NCBI GenBank assembly: GCA_038247465.1
Contig: JBBRUV010000001.1
Coordinates: 1-46,325, forward strand
DNA length: 46,325 bases
Direction: 5' to 3'
DNA from: Cytophagales bacterium
GTDB taxonomy: Bacteria > Bacteroidota > Bacteroidia > Cytophagales > Spirosomataceae
Shown here one piece after another: positions 26,298-35,764 of this stretch (the first letter of the stretch is position 1; the number at the start of each line of letters is the position of its first letter). The notes under the pieces are model-generated. The model did not search any database, was not told where the DNA came from, and saw only the letters and a program-made list of their open reading frames with translations. The position numbers and the translations under genes were made by a program.

Positions 26298-27836
26298 ATG
26301 AAAATCAATCCATTACTTTTTGTCTTGCTACTGCTGACCGCCTTGCCCGTTTCAGCACAAATGACGCTCACGGGGCAGCTGCGCACCCGGACCGAAGTCC
26401 GTGACGGCGTAGGGAATCTGACTCCGACCGATGCCAAAGCTGCCGCGTTTACCTCGCAACGCACCCGGCTGACGTTCGGCTATCGCTGGGACCGGATTCT
26501 GTTTCAGACCTCCGTGCAGGACGTGCGCGTTTGGGGTCAGGATGCCGCCACGATTAATAATGCCGACGGAAACAAACTGATGGTGCATGAAGCCTGGGCC
26601 GACATTACGCTCGCCAACAGTGCCGACACGACCATCGCCTTTAAGCCGATTCAGAATTTATCGCTCAAAATCGGGCGGCAGGAGCTGGTTTATGATGATG
26701 CTCGGCTCCTCGGCAACCTCGACTGGCTGCAGCAGGCCCGGCGGTTTGATGCGGCCCTGCTCAAAGCGCAACATCTGGGCTGGGCATTGGACCTTGGGGC
26801 TGGGTTTAACCAAAACAGCGACGCTTTCGGCAATGTCGGTACGTTTTATACGGCAGGCAACGCCCCCGCTTCGGCCCTGTCGAACAAGAACGTGACGCTG
26901 GCGATTCCGGGCGGGTTTCTGCCCACGAGTGGCAAAGGCGGTGCGCCTGTATTGGCAACACCCCTGAACACCAACGGCCAAAACCAGCAGTTCAAGTCGT
27001 TTCAGATGGCTTATCTGACCCATAAATTTAACCAAACCAAACTATCAGTTTTGGGTTTCAAAGACGACTTTTCGAAGTATCGTATAGACAGTATCGGTAG
27101 CGCAACGCAGGGCTACGTGTATGGTCGGCGGTATGATGTGAGGGGCGTAAACTCGCGGCTGACCTACGGGGCGATGCTCACGGGGCAAGTCGGTAATGCA
27201 TCGTCGAAACTCGGCAAAATTCAGTGGCAGGCATTCGGCTATGGGCAAAGCGGCAAAGACCGCGACGGGCTGACGCTCAAAAAAGCGTACCACTACGGAG
27301 CTAACCTAATGATTCAAAAGGGTTTGCTGAGTTTCGGACCGGGCTACGAAGTGCTGTCAGGTAACAATGCCACCGCGCTGCAAGCCGGCCAAACCAGCCG
27401 CTTTGATCCGCTCTATGGCACTCCGCACCGGCATTGGGGCTATATGGATTATTTCTACGTTGGCACGGGGTCTCCGGCGGGCGGTTTGCAGGATGCGTTC
27501 CTGAAATTCAAATACACCGGCAACCGCCTGACAACGGGTCTGGATGTGCATTATTTCTCGCTTGCCGCTGCCACCTACAACAAAACTGCCGATGCCCCCG
27601 CCGGTACTTTGTTAGACAAAAAACTCGGCATAGAATACGATTTCATGGCTACGTATGCCCTCAATAAATTCACCGCGCTTGAACTGGGCTACTCCATCAT
27701 GAACGGCACTAACTCGCTGGAATACAGCAAGCAGGGCACCATGAATCAACGCGATAAGATGGGAACCTGGGCGTATCTGATGATTAATATCCGGCCCGAT
27801 TTTCTGTTCACAAAGCCGGTGGCTATTAAACAATAA
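26298..27836 (+). CDS. Alginate-export-family outer-membrane porin (putative nitrate/nitrite channel)
   Basis: The signal peptide is MKINPLLFVLLLLTALPVSAQ. The beta-barrel pattern QLRTRTEVRDG...QRTRLTFGYRW...VQDVRVWG resembles the alginate_exp family. The gene lies 4 nt upstream of nrtA. Confidence 0.6.
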   Translation: MKINPLLFVLLLLTALPVSAQMTLTGQLRTRTEVRDGVGNLTPTDAKAAAFTSQRTRLTFGYRWDRILFQTSVQDVRVWGQDAATINNADGNKLMVHEAWADITLANSADTTIAFKPIQNLSLKIGRQELVYDDARLLGNLDWLQQARRFDAALLKAQHLGWALDLGAGFNQNSDAFGNVGTFYTAGNAPASALSNKNVTLAIPGGFLPTSGKGGAPVLATPLNTNGQNQQFKSFQMAYLTHKFNQTKLSVLGFKDDFSKYRIDSIGSATQGYVYGRRYDVRGVNSRLTYGAMLTGQVGNASSKLGKIQWQAFGYGQSGKDRDGLTLKKAYHYGANLMIQKGLLSFGPGYEVLSGNNATALQAGQTSRFDPLYGTPHRHWGYMDYFYVGTGSPAGGLQDAFLKFKYTGNRLTTGLDVHYFSLAAATYNKTADAPAGTLLDKKLGIEYDFMATYALNKFTALELGYSIMNGTNSLEYSKQGTMNQRDKMGTWAYLMINIRPDFLFTKPVAIKQ

Positions 27837-27840
27837 CACG

Positions 27841-29043
27841 ATGAAAAAACTACATGTTTTCCTGTTTGTCTGCACGTTAGTTGCCGCTACGGGACTCTCA
27901 ACCGGGCTGAAACCCGCTGCCGAACCGATTAAACTTGGCTTTATTCCCCTCACCGATTGCGCCCCGTTAGTGGTTGCCAAAGAGATGGGTTTCTTTGCCA
28001 AACACGGCGTAGAGGTGGTACTGACCAAAGAATCGTCGTGGGCCAACATCCGCGACAAGGTGCTGAACGGCGAACTCGACGGGGCGCACTGCCTGTTTTC
28101 GATGCCGTTTTCGGTCTATACCGGGCTGGGCGGCAAAGCCGGTTCGGAGATGAAAATCGCGATGGTGCTGAGTAATAACGGGCAGGCTATTACGCTCTCG
28201 AAAGATTTTTGCGGGCTGGTGGGCTTCAAAGAAGTAAACAAAGTAGCCGCAGCCGTAAAGAACGTGCAGGGCCGCAAGGAGGTCACCTTTGCCATGACGT
28301 TTCCGGGCGGAACCCACGATATGTGGCTCCGCAACTGGATGGCGGCCGCGGGTATCAATCAGAAATCGGTGGGAATCATTACCATCCCGCCCCCGCAGAT
28401 GGTGGCAAATATGCGGGTTGATAACATGGAAGGCTTCTCGGTGGGCGAACCCTGGAACGGTGTAGCAGCCGCCCAAAACGTTGGGTTTACGGCCATTGCC
28501 AGCCAGGACATCTGGAAACACCACCCCGAAAAAGCCCTCGTTGTGAACAGTCAGTTTGCGGCTTCCCGGCGCGAAGACCTTAAAAAAGCGATGGCCGCCG
28601 TGATGGAAGCCTGCCAATGGCTCGACAATATGAACAACCGCAAAAAAACGGCGGCCTGGCTCACCAAACCCTATTACGTGAACGCACCAGTAGCCGCCAT
28701 CGAGTCTCGTTTGCTGGGTTCTAACGACTTAGGCTGTGATTTGGGTGTGCAGAAGTACAAGGACGACTACATGACGTTCCACAACAAAGGCTTCGTGAAT
28801 ATGCCGCGCAAGGTTCATGCCATCTGGTTTATGGCGCAGTATGTCCGGTTCGGGATGCTCAAATCGGCCCCGGATTACAAGGGTATTGCCGAGAAACTCG
28901 TGCTGGACGACCTCTACGCCGAAGTCGCCAAATCTATGAATATTCCGTTGCCGACCGACGAGATGAAACCCTTCAAAACGACCTACGACGTGAATTTCGA
29001 CCCGAATAATATTGGCGCGTATCTGGCAAGTGCGAAGAAGTAA
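27841..29043 (+). CDS. nrtA: Nitrate ABC transporter substrate-binding protein (NrtA/CmpA family)
   Basis: The ORF carries IKLGFIPLTDCAPLVVAKEMGFFAKHGVEV...WANIRDKVLNGELDGAHCLFSMPF, which is typical of NrtA. Confidence 0.9.
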   Translation: MKKLHVFLFVCTLVAATGLSTGLKPAAEPIKLGFIPLTDCAPLVVAKEMGFFAKHGVEVVLTKESSWANIRDKVLNGELDGAHCLFSMPFSVYTGLGGKAGSEMKIAMVLSNNGQAITLSKDFCGLVGFKEVNKVAAAVKNVQGRKEVTFAMTFPGGTHDMWLRNWMAAAGINQKSVGIITIPPPQMVANMRVDNMEGFSVGEPWNGVAAAQNVGFTAIASQDIWKHHPEKALVVNSQFAASRREDLKKAMAAVMEACQWLDNMNNRKKTAAWLTKPYYVNAPVAAIESRLLGSNDLGCDLGVQKYKDDYMTFHNKGFVNMPRKVHAIWFMAQYVRFGMLKSAPDYKGIAEKLVLDDLYAEVAKSMNIPLPTDEMKPFKTTYDVNFDPNNIGAYLASAKK

Positions 29044-29049
29044 AGAAGA

Positions 29050-29134
29050 GTTCATGGTTTGTAGTTCGTGGTTTTGCTTCTGCAACCGTAACCGCCCGGC
29101 ACGAATTACAAACTACGAACCACAAACCACAAAC
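29050..29134. repeat. Heptamer-array hairpin element between nrtA and nrtB; same family as 13483-13567 in inverted orientation
   Basis: The left arm GTTCATG GTTTGTA GTTCGTG GTTTT is at 29050-29075. The right arm CACGAAT TACAAAC TACGAAC CACAAAC CACAAAC is at 29100-29134. The reverse complement of the core matches the 13516-13541 core. Confidence 0.85.
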
Positions 29135-29139
29135 TATTT

Positions 29140-29919
29140 ATGAACGGATTACTAAACTACCGAACCTACCTGCCCGCGCTGTATTTTCTGGCGAGTATGG
29201 GCATTCTAACCGGCATCTGGTCGCTGATTTCCGTCGTTACCCACAACGACATTCCTACCCCTGGCATGACCTGGGTGGTGTTCCGCGAGATGCTTGCCAA
29301 TCCGTTTTATGACTACGGCCCGAACGATAAAGGTATTGGCAACCAGTTAGTTAGTTCGCTGGGACGGGTGTTTATGGGTTTCGGCTTAGGATCAGTCGTA
29401 GCCATTCCGCTGGGATTAATCATGGGCGCATCGCCGGTGGGGATGAAACTTTTGAACCCGATTGTGCAGATTCTGCGGCCCGTGTCGCCGTTGGCGTGGT
29501 TTCCGCTGGGGCTGCTGGCCTTCAAAGCGGCTGCTGGCGCCACCATTTTCATTATTTTCATCACCAGCCTGTGGCCCACGCTCATCAACACCGCGTTTGG
29601 GGTGTCGAGTATCCCGCAAGACCATAAAAACGTGGCAACCGCCTTTGGCTTTTCCACGTGGCGGTACATCCGCACGGTGGTGATTCCCTACGCCCTGCCG
29701 CACATCATTACGGGCCTGCGCCTGAGCATGGGCGTGGCCTGGTTGGTGATTGTGGCCGGCGAAATGCTATCGGGCGGTATGGGGATCGGGTTTTTCGTCT
29801 GGGACAGCTGGAACGCGCTCAGTCTCGAAAAAATCCTGTGCGCCATCCTCATCATCGGAACTGTTGGGTTACTGCTCGACCAAGGATTCGATGCCTTGCA
29901 AAAGCGATTTGTGTATTAA
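29140..29919 (+). CDS. nrtB: Nitrate ABC transporter permease
   Basis: The 259-aa ORF has about 6 TM segments and an ABC permease EAA-like loop (AFGFSTWRYIRTVVIPYALPHIITGLRLSMG). Confidence 0.88.
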   Translation: MNGLLNYRTYLPALYFLASMGILTGIWSLISVVTHNDIPTPGMTWVVFREMLANPFYDYGPNDKGIGNQLVSSLGRVFMGFGLGSVVAIPLGLIMGASPVGMKLLNPIVQILRPVSPLAWFPLGLLAFKAAAGATIFIIFITSLWPTLINTAFGVSSIPQDHKNVATAFGFSTWRYIRTVVIPYALPHIITGLRLSMGVAWLVIVAGEMLSGGMGIGFFVWDSWNALSLEKILCAILIIGTVGLLLDQGFDALQKRFVY

Positions 29920-29931
29920 CACCCCAAAATC

Positions 29932-30783
29932 ATGAACCAAACACTCGAAGAAACGCTGGTTGATTCGTCCACCTCGTTTCACAAAATTCAGACTGGCACG
30001 AGCATTTCTGTGCGCGACCTGACCATCTCATTCAAAACGCCAAAGGGGGTTTATACCGCCGTTAAAGATATTGACCTAACCATTGGTAAAGGCGAAATCG
30101 TGACGATCATCGGTCACTCCGGCTGTGGTAAATCAACGCTGATGAACGCCGTTTCGGGCATGGTTAAACCCACGAAAGGCGAAGTCATTGCCAACGATAA
30201 GGTGGTCAAAGGCCCCGGCCCAGATCGGGGCGTGGTGTTCCAGAACTACTCGTTGCTGCCCTGGCTGTCGGTGTATCACAACATTCTGGAAGCCGTTGAC
30301 TCGGTGATGCACGACAAAACGAAGGCCGAAAAACGCGCCATCGTCGAGGATAACCTGAACATGGTGAACCTCTGGTCCCACAAAGACAAGCTGCCGGGCC
30401 AACTGTCGGGCGGCATGAAACAGCGCGTTGCTATTGCGCGGGCCTTTGCCATTAACCCCAGCATTTTGCTGCTCGATGAGCCATTCGGGGCCTTGGACGC
30501 GCTCACCAAAGGAGCCATGCACATCGAACTGCTCAAACTCTGGAACCTCGACAACCGCAACAAAACGATTGTGATGGTCACGCACGACATCGAGGAAGCC
30601 ATTTTTCTCAGCGACCGCGTGGTGGTGATGAACAACGGCCCGGCGGCCACCATCCGCGAAATCGTGAACGTGCCACTCGACCGGCCCCGCCATAAAAAAT
30701 CTATCGCCCACGACCCGTTTTACACGGACATCCACGACCGGCTGCTGGGTCTCTTGTTTGAAAAACTCTCGATAGAAGACTGA
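29932..30783 (+). CDS. nrtD: Nitrate ABC transporter ATP-binding protein
   Basis: Walker A is GHSGCGKST, the signature is LSGGMKQR and Walker B is ILLLDEPFGALD. There is no extra NrtA-like C-terminal domain. Confidence 0.88.
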   Translation: MNQTLEETLVDSSTSFHKIQTGTSISVRDLTISFKTPKGVYTAVKDIDLTIGKGEIVTIIGHSGCGKSTLMNAVSGMVKPTKGEVIANDKVVKGPGPDRGVVFQNYSLLPWLSVYHNILEAVDSVMHDKTKAEKRAIVEDNLNMVNLWSHKDKLPGQLSGGMKQRVAIARAFAINPSILLLDEPFGALDALTKGAMHIELLKLWNLDNRNKTIVMVTHDIEEAIFLSDRVVVMNNGPAATIREIVNVPLDRPRHKKSIAHDPFYTDIHDRLLGLLFEKLSIED

Positions 30784-30789
30784 TTATCA

Positions 30790-33700
30790 ATGACCCATCA
30801 AACCACGTGCTGTTATTGCGGGGTCGGCTGCGGGATTGTGGTTAAGACCACCCCCAACGGCCAACTGACGCTGGAGGGCGATAAAGAACATCCGTCAAAC
30901 CGGGGGATGCTCTGCTCGAAAGGTCAGAACCTGCACTATACCGTGATGGACAAAACCGACCGGCTGCTCTACCCTCAGATGCGGCTGAACCGGGCAATGC
31001 CGTTGCAACGGGTGAGTTGGGATGCCGCACTGGAACGAACAGCCGCCGTTTTCAAAACCTTAATCCAGAAATATGGCCCCGATTCGGTGGCGTTTTATGT
31101 GTCGGGCCAATGCCTGAGCGAAGAATATTACCTCGCCAGTAAACTCATCAAAGGCTTTATCGGGTCGAATAACATTGACACCAATTCGCGGCTCTGCATG
31201 TCGTCGGCGGTGGTAGGTTACAAACTTTCACTGGGCGAAGATTCGGTGCCGGTTTGTTACGACGATATCGAACTGGCCGATGTGTTGCTGGTTGAGGGCG
31301 CGAATCCGGCCTGGTGCCACCCCATTCTGTGGCGACGGATTGAGGCCCATAAAGCCGCCAACCCACGCGTAAAAATCATCTGCGTTGATCCCCGTAAAAC
31401 CGATACGGCCCGGTCGTCGGACATGCATTTGGCGGTTCGGCCCGGCACCGACATCGTGCTGAACAACGCCATCGGGCGGTTGCTCATCGAAAACAGCCAC
31501 GTTGATTTAGGTTTTATTGTAGATCATACCGACGGTTTTCTGGCTTTACGCGAGCAGGTGATGCAGCGCACCGTTGCCGAAGCCGCCGAGATTTGTGGTA
31601 TTGAAGCGGCTGACATTGAGCAAGTTGCCGATTGGATTGGCCGCGCCAACGGGTTTCTGTCGCTCTGGACAATGGGCCTGAATCAGTCGGTGGTGGGCGT
31701 GAATAAAAACCTGTCGTTGATAAACCTGCACCTGATTACGGGCAAGATTGGCAAGCCGGGTAGCGGGCCATTCTCACTCACCGGGCAACCCAACGCCATG
31801 GGCGGTCGCGAAGTGGGCGGGTTAGCAAGTGCCTTACCCGGCCACCGCGACGTGGTGAACCCCATCCACCGCGCCGAGATGGAAGCGTTTTGGAACAGCC
31901 CGGTTAGCATTGCGCCCAAACCCGGCCTGACCGCTACCGAACTTTTCGACGCGCTCAACAACGACACCCTGAAAGCCGTCTGGATCATCAACACCAACCC
32001 GATGGTGAGTATGCCGGACGTGAACGCGGTAGAAAACGCCCTGAAAAAATCCCGGTTCGTGGTGGTGCAGGACGTGTCGAGCCGCGCCGATACCGTTGCC
32101 TTTGCCGATGTGGTGCTGCCCGCAGCCGCATGGCTTGAAAAAGAAGGCACTATGACCAACGCCGAACGCCGAATCACGTACTTGCCCAAAGTGCTCGACC
32201 CGCCCGGCGAGTGCCTGCCCGACGTAGAAATTATCTGGCGATTCGCCCGAAAAATGGGTTTTTCAAAAGAATTTAATTACCAAACTGTTGGTGAAGTGTA
32301 TGACGAATATGCCCGCAGCACAGCCGGCACCAACATTGATATTACCGGGGTAAATTATGACGTGCTGAAGCGTGAACGAAGTGTGCAGTGGCAGGGGAAA
32401 CGTTTATTCACTGACCACCACTTCCACACGCCCAACGGTCGCGCTCAGCTTCACGCCGTACCCGACGAAAACGCATCGGAACCCACCGATCCCGATTTTC
32501 CGCTGGTGCTGACCACCGGGCGGCTCCGCGACCAATGGCACACGATGACTAAAACCGGGCGCGTTGCCAAGCTCAATCAACACGCGCCCCACCCATTGCT
32601 GCAACTCAACCCGGCAGATGCCCGCGCCCGGCAGATTCAGGACGGGCAGTTGGTTACGGTGAGCAGTCGGCGGGGAACGGTGCGGGTGAAGGCCACACTG
32701 ACCGACGACGTGCGGCCCGGCCTGTGTTTTTTGCCCATGCACTGGGGCAAAATCCTGAACAGCACAAACGCCCGCTCCAATAACCTGACTAACAGCTTGA
32801 TAGACCCGCGCTCGAAAGAGCCGGATTTTAAATTTTCGGCGGTGCAGGTGGTGGCGTATCAGAAAACCGCCGAAAAAATCATCATCATCGGCGCGGGGTC
32901 GGCTGCATTGGGGTTTATCAATGCCTATCGAAACGTGTCGGCTGGTCAAGGTTTAGCATCCGCACAAACCGACGATATCCATGTTTTTTCCAAAGAAATC
33001 AACCCGTTTTATAACCGCGTTCTCCTGCCCGATTACATCAGCGGGGCGCAAACCTGGCCGCAACTCGTCAAACTCCGCGACGATGAATTTGCCGAAGCCG
33101 GGATTACCGTTCATAAAGGCGTTGCTATCGAACACATTGACCGCAAAAACAAGGTCGTGGTGGATAGCAACGGCCAGGAACACGGCTACGATAAATTACT
33201 ACTCGGCATGGGTAGCCGGGCGTTTATGCCGAAGGGCGTACCGAAACTGCCGGGCATTATCAACCTCCGTTCCCGGCCCGATGCCGACGCACTATTAGCT
33301 CAAATTGAGCAACATAACACGTCAATCAACCTAAATGCTGAACCTGTACACGTCGTGATTGTTGGCGGTGGATTGCTGGGGTTGGAATTGGCTGCGTCGT
33401 TGCGGCAGATTGACGTGCGGGTGTCGGTTATCCAGCGCATCGGGCGGTTTATGGAACGCCAACTCGATCCGCTTGCCAGTGAATTGCTGTATCAGGAATT
33501 AATCGAGCGGGGTGTCGAGGTTTATTTTAACGAAGAAGTACAAACATGTGAGGGCCGCGAGCAAGTGACGGGCGTTCGGCTGAAATCGGGGCAGTTGTTG
33601 CCGTGCCGTGCCGTTGTAATTGCCATTGGAACGGTGCCAAACATTGAGTTGGCGCAACAGGCCGGGCTGACCTGCAACCGGGGTGTAGTGGTAAATGATC

Positions 33701-34308
33701 ACCTGCAAACATCTGATCCTGATATCTTTGCGGCTGGCGAACTGGCCCAATGGCGCGGCCAGCTCTGGGGCATTACGGCTGCCGCCGAAGCCCAGGCCGC
33801 CGTTGCCGCCCGGTTCATCGCCGGTGACGATGGTGACCCCTACACAGGCAGTTTGTCGGTCAGTATCCTGAAAATGGACGGGCTGCACCTTGTGAGCATG
33901 GGTATTACCGAAACCCCCGCCGATCCCGCCTACGAAGAAATCGTTTTTGTGGACAAGGCCAAACGGTTTTACAAAAAGTGCATCGTGCATCAGGACAAAC
34001 TCGTCGGCGCGATTTTGGTGGGCGACAAAAACGAGTTCCGCGAGTTTCGGGATTTGATTGCGAGCGGGCTTGAACTGTCGCAAAAACGGCTCGAACTCCT
34101 CCGGGGCAGCAAACCCGCCGATCCCATTTCGGGCAAGCTCATCTGCTCCTGCAACAGCGTCGGTCAGGGCAATCTGGAGTGGGTTATCCGGGCTGGATGC
34201 ACTGATTTTCAGCAACTTTGCCAAACCACCGGGGCCGGCACCGGCTGCGGCTCGTGCCGCCCGGAAGTACGGGAAATTTTGAACTTATGCGCGACTACTA
34301 CACCCTGA
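30790..34308 (+). CDS. nasA: Assimilatory nitrate reductase: molybdopterin catalytic module fused to an FAD/NAD(P)H oxidoreductase module and a BFD-like 2Fe-2S domain
   Basis: The 1172-aa ORF has the N-terminal 4Fe-4S motif CCYCGVGCG and the MopB region up to about residue 700. It then has KIIIIGAGSAALG (FAD), VVIVGGGLLGLELA (NAD) and the C-terminal CSCNSV...GTGCGSC. Confidence 0.9.
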   Translation: MTHQTTCCYCGVGCGIVVKTTPNGQLTLEGDKEHPSNRGMLCSKGQNLHYTVMDKTDRLLYPQMRLNRAMPLQRVSWDAALERTAAVFKTLIQKYGPDSVAFYVSGQCLSEEYYLASKLIKGFIGSNNIDTNSRLCMSSAVVGYKLSLGEDSVPVCYDDIELADVLLVEGANPAWCHPILWRRIEAHKAANPRVKIICVDPRKTDTARSSDMHLAVRPGTDIVLNNAIGRLLIENSHVDLGFIVDHTDGFLALREQVMQRTVAEAAEICGIEAADIEQVADWIGRANGFLSLWTMGLNQSVVGVNKNLSLINLHLITGKIGKPGSGPFSLTGQPNAMGGREVGGLASALPGHRDVVNPIHRAEMEAFWNSPVSIAPKPGLTATELFDALNNDTLKAVWIINTNPMVSMPDVNAVENALKKSRFVVVQDVSSRADTVAFADVVLPAAAWLEKEGTMTNAERRITYLPKVLDPPGECLPDVEIIWRFARKMGFSKEFNYQTVGEVYDEYARSTAGTNIDITGVNYDVLKRERSVQWQGKRLFTDHHFHTPNGRAQLHAVPDENASEPTDPDFPLVLTTGRLRDQWHTMTKTGRVAKLNQHAPHPLLQLNPADARARQIQDGQLVTVSSRRGTVRVKATLTDDVRPGLCFLPMHWGKILNSTNARSNNLTNSLIDPRSKEPDFKFSAVQVVAYQKTAEKIIIIGAGSAALGFINAYRNVSAGQGLASAQTDDIHVFSKEINPFYNRVLLPDYISGAQTWPQLVKLRDDEFAEAGITVHKGVAIEHIDRKNKVVVDSNGQEHGYDKLLLGMGSRAFMPKGVPKLPGIINLRSRPDADALLAQIEQHNTSINLNAEPVHVVIVGGGLLGLELAASLRQIDVRVSVIQRIGRFMERQLDPLASELLYQELIERGVEVYFNEEVQTCEGREQVTGVRLKSGQLLPCRAVVIAIGTVPNIELAQQAGLTCNRGVVVNDHLQTSDPDIFAAGELAQWRGQLWGITAAAEAQAAVAARFIAGDDGDPYTGSLSVSILKMDGLHLVSMGITETPADPAYEEIVFVDKAKRFYKKCIVHQDKLVGAILVGDKNEFREFRDLIASGLELSQKRLELLRGSKPADPISGKLICSCNSVGQGNLEWVIRAGCTDFQQLCQTTGAGTGCGSCRPEVREILNLCATTTP

Positions 34309-35759
34309 AAATCAACCTGTTGGCGGGTATTGTCTCGCCAGCCGCGCTGCAAACCATCTTGACAGCGGCACAGGCAGCCCACGTCAGAAAAGTACGCTTT
34401 GGATCGCGGCAACAATTGCTGATGACGGTGCATTACGAAGACCTGCGCCAACTCGAAAAAAACCTCTGCCAGCAGGCCGTGCCGTTTGAGGTCAATACCG
34501 ACCGTCACCCTAACATCATCAGTTCGTATTGTGGCGAGGAAGTGTTTAGAACGGGGTCATGGCTGCGCGAAGGCGAATACCATACCGTGCTGGATAATTT
34601 CGGGCATCAACCCCGGCTGAAAGTCAACCTGTCTGATTCGGAGCAGAGTTTCACGCCGTTTTTTACCGGAAACCTGAATTTTATCGCGTCGTCGGAGCCA
34701 CATTTCTGGCAATTGTATGTCCGACCCAAGCAGAGCAACGCCCTGTTTCAATGGCCCGACTTGATTTATACCAACGATGTGGGGCGGCTGGCCGAGGCTG
34801 TTGAAATTGCCATGCTCGACGATGGTCTGCGCGAGTTGGGGCCGTTGCATCAAGCCGTAAATACCGGGCAAACCTTCATCACGCAATCGGCCACGCAACC
34901 CGTGCCGTTGCCCGAATTTTCGCTGCCGTATTACGAAGGGTTTAACCGCTACGGCTCGCGGACGTGGCTCGGGTTGTACCGGCGCAACGAGGAATTCACG
35001 ATTGCGTTCCTGCTCGATTTATGCGCCCTCTGCCTGAAAACCCGCATTGGTGAAGTTTGCGTCACGCCCTGGAAGTCGCTGATTATCAAAGGAATTTCGG
35101 AAGAAGATCGCCCGAAATGGTCGTTGATGCTGGGTCGGCATAATAGTAATGTCCGGCACGCGGCCAACGAATTAGCCTGGCAAACCGAAGACGATTCTGA
35201 CGCGGGCGCGGCCATCAAACGGGGCGTGTTGCGGTATTTTGAGCGAAACGACACCCGCACGTTTGGGCTGTGTTTTGGGGTGCAGACCCGGCCAAAGTCG
35301 GAGCGGTCCGGCGTTCCGGTTTTTGGCAGTATCCTGATCAGGAAGCGGCCCTGGATTCGGGTAGGATCGTTTGCGTTTTTGAGTCTGTATGATTTGTATT
35401 TCACCGAGAACTTTAACCCCAACAGCCGCACTTATTTTCGGTTTGACCGGGGCTTGTTTTGGTTCAGCGTGCCGGTGCAGATTGACCGCCTGTGCCGCAA
35501 GTTCAGCGCACAACGACTTATTAAACAACAGCCCGTTGAATCTCCAGAACGTATTGATTCACAGTTGATTGTATCAAAAATTGACACGTCCGAAGCCTAC
35601 CAATGTCCGCACTGCCTAACGGTGTATGACCCCGAATCTGGTGATGATCGGGCCGGAGTTTTGCCCGGCGTCGCGTTCGCTGATTTGCCCGGTGAATATG
35701 GTTGTGCTACCTGCGACGCGCCGAAACGGGAGCTGGTGGGGTTGGTTTTGGCAGGATAA
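34287..35759 (+). CDS. Uncharacterised protein: sulfite/nitrite-reductase-like (ferredoxin-like half-domain) scaffold with a C-terminal rubredoxin domain
   Basis: The start is placed at the ATG at 34287 (MRDYYTLKINLLAGIVSPAALQTIL...), overlapping the nasA end by 22 nt. The C-terminus YQCPHCLTVYDPESGDD...GEYGCATCDAPK is a rubredoxin CxxC...CxxC knuckle pair. No siroheme Cys cluster was seen. Confidence 0.7.
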   Translation: MRDYYTLKINLLAGIVSPAALQTILTAAQAAHVRKVRFGSRQQLLMTVHYEDLRQLEKNLCQQAVPFEVNTDRHPNIISSYCGEEVFRTGSWLREGEYHTVLDNFGHQPRLKVNLSDSEQSFTPFFTGNLNFIASSEPHFWQLYVRPKQSNALFQWPDLIYTNDVGRLAEAVEIAMLDDGLRELGPLHQAVNTGQTFITQSATQPVPLPEFSLPYYEGFNRYGSRTWLGLYRRNEEFTIAFLLDLCALCLKTRIGEVCVTPWKSLIIKGISEEDRPKWSLMLGRHNSNVRHAANELAWQTEDDSDAGAAIKRGVLRYFERNDTRTFGLCFGVQTRPKSERSGVPVFGSILIRKRPWIRVGSFAFLSLYDLYFTENFNPNSRTYFRFDRGLFWFSVPVQIDRLCRKFSAQRLIKQQPVESPERIDSQLIVSKIDTSEAYQCPHCLTVYDPESGDDRAGVLPGVAFADLPGEYGCATCDAPKRELVGLVLAG

Positions 35760-35764
35760 AAAAG

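Noticed and set aside
26086-26301. A 71-aa plus-strand ORF in the cobA-porin spacer
   Set aside because: It has a GTG start, a Lys/Asn/Gln-rich low-complexity sequence driven by an A-rich tract, and overlaps the porin start. I treated it as leader or non-coding sequence.
34218-34286. The earlier start for the rubredoxin-domain protein
   Set aside because: The extra 23 codons (MPNHRGRHRLRLVPPGSTGNFEL) lie wholly inside the nasA BFD-domain coding sequence in another frame. The ATG at 34287 gives a shorter, typical overlap.
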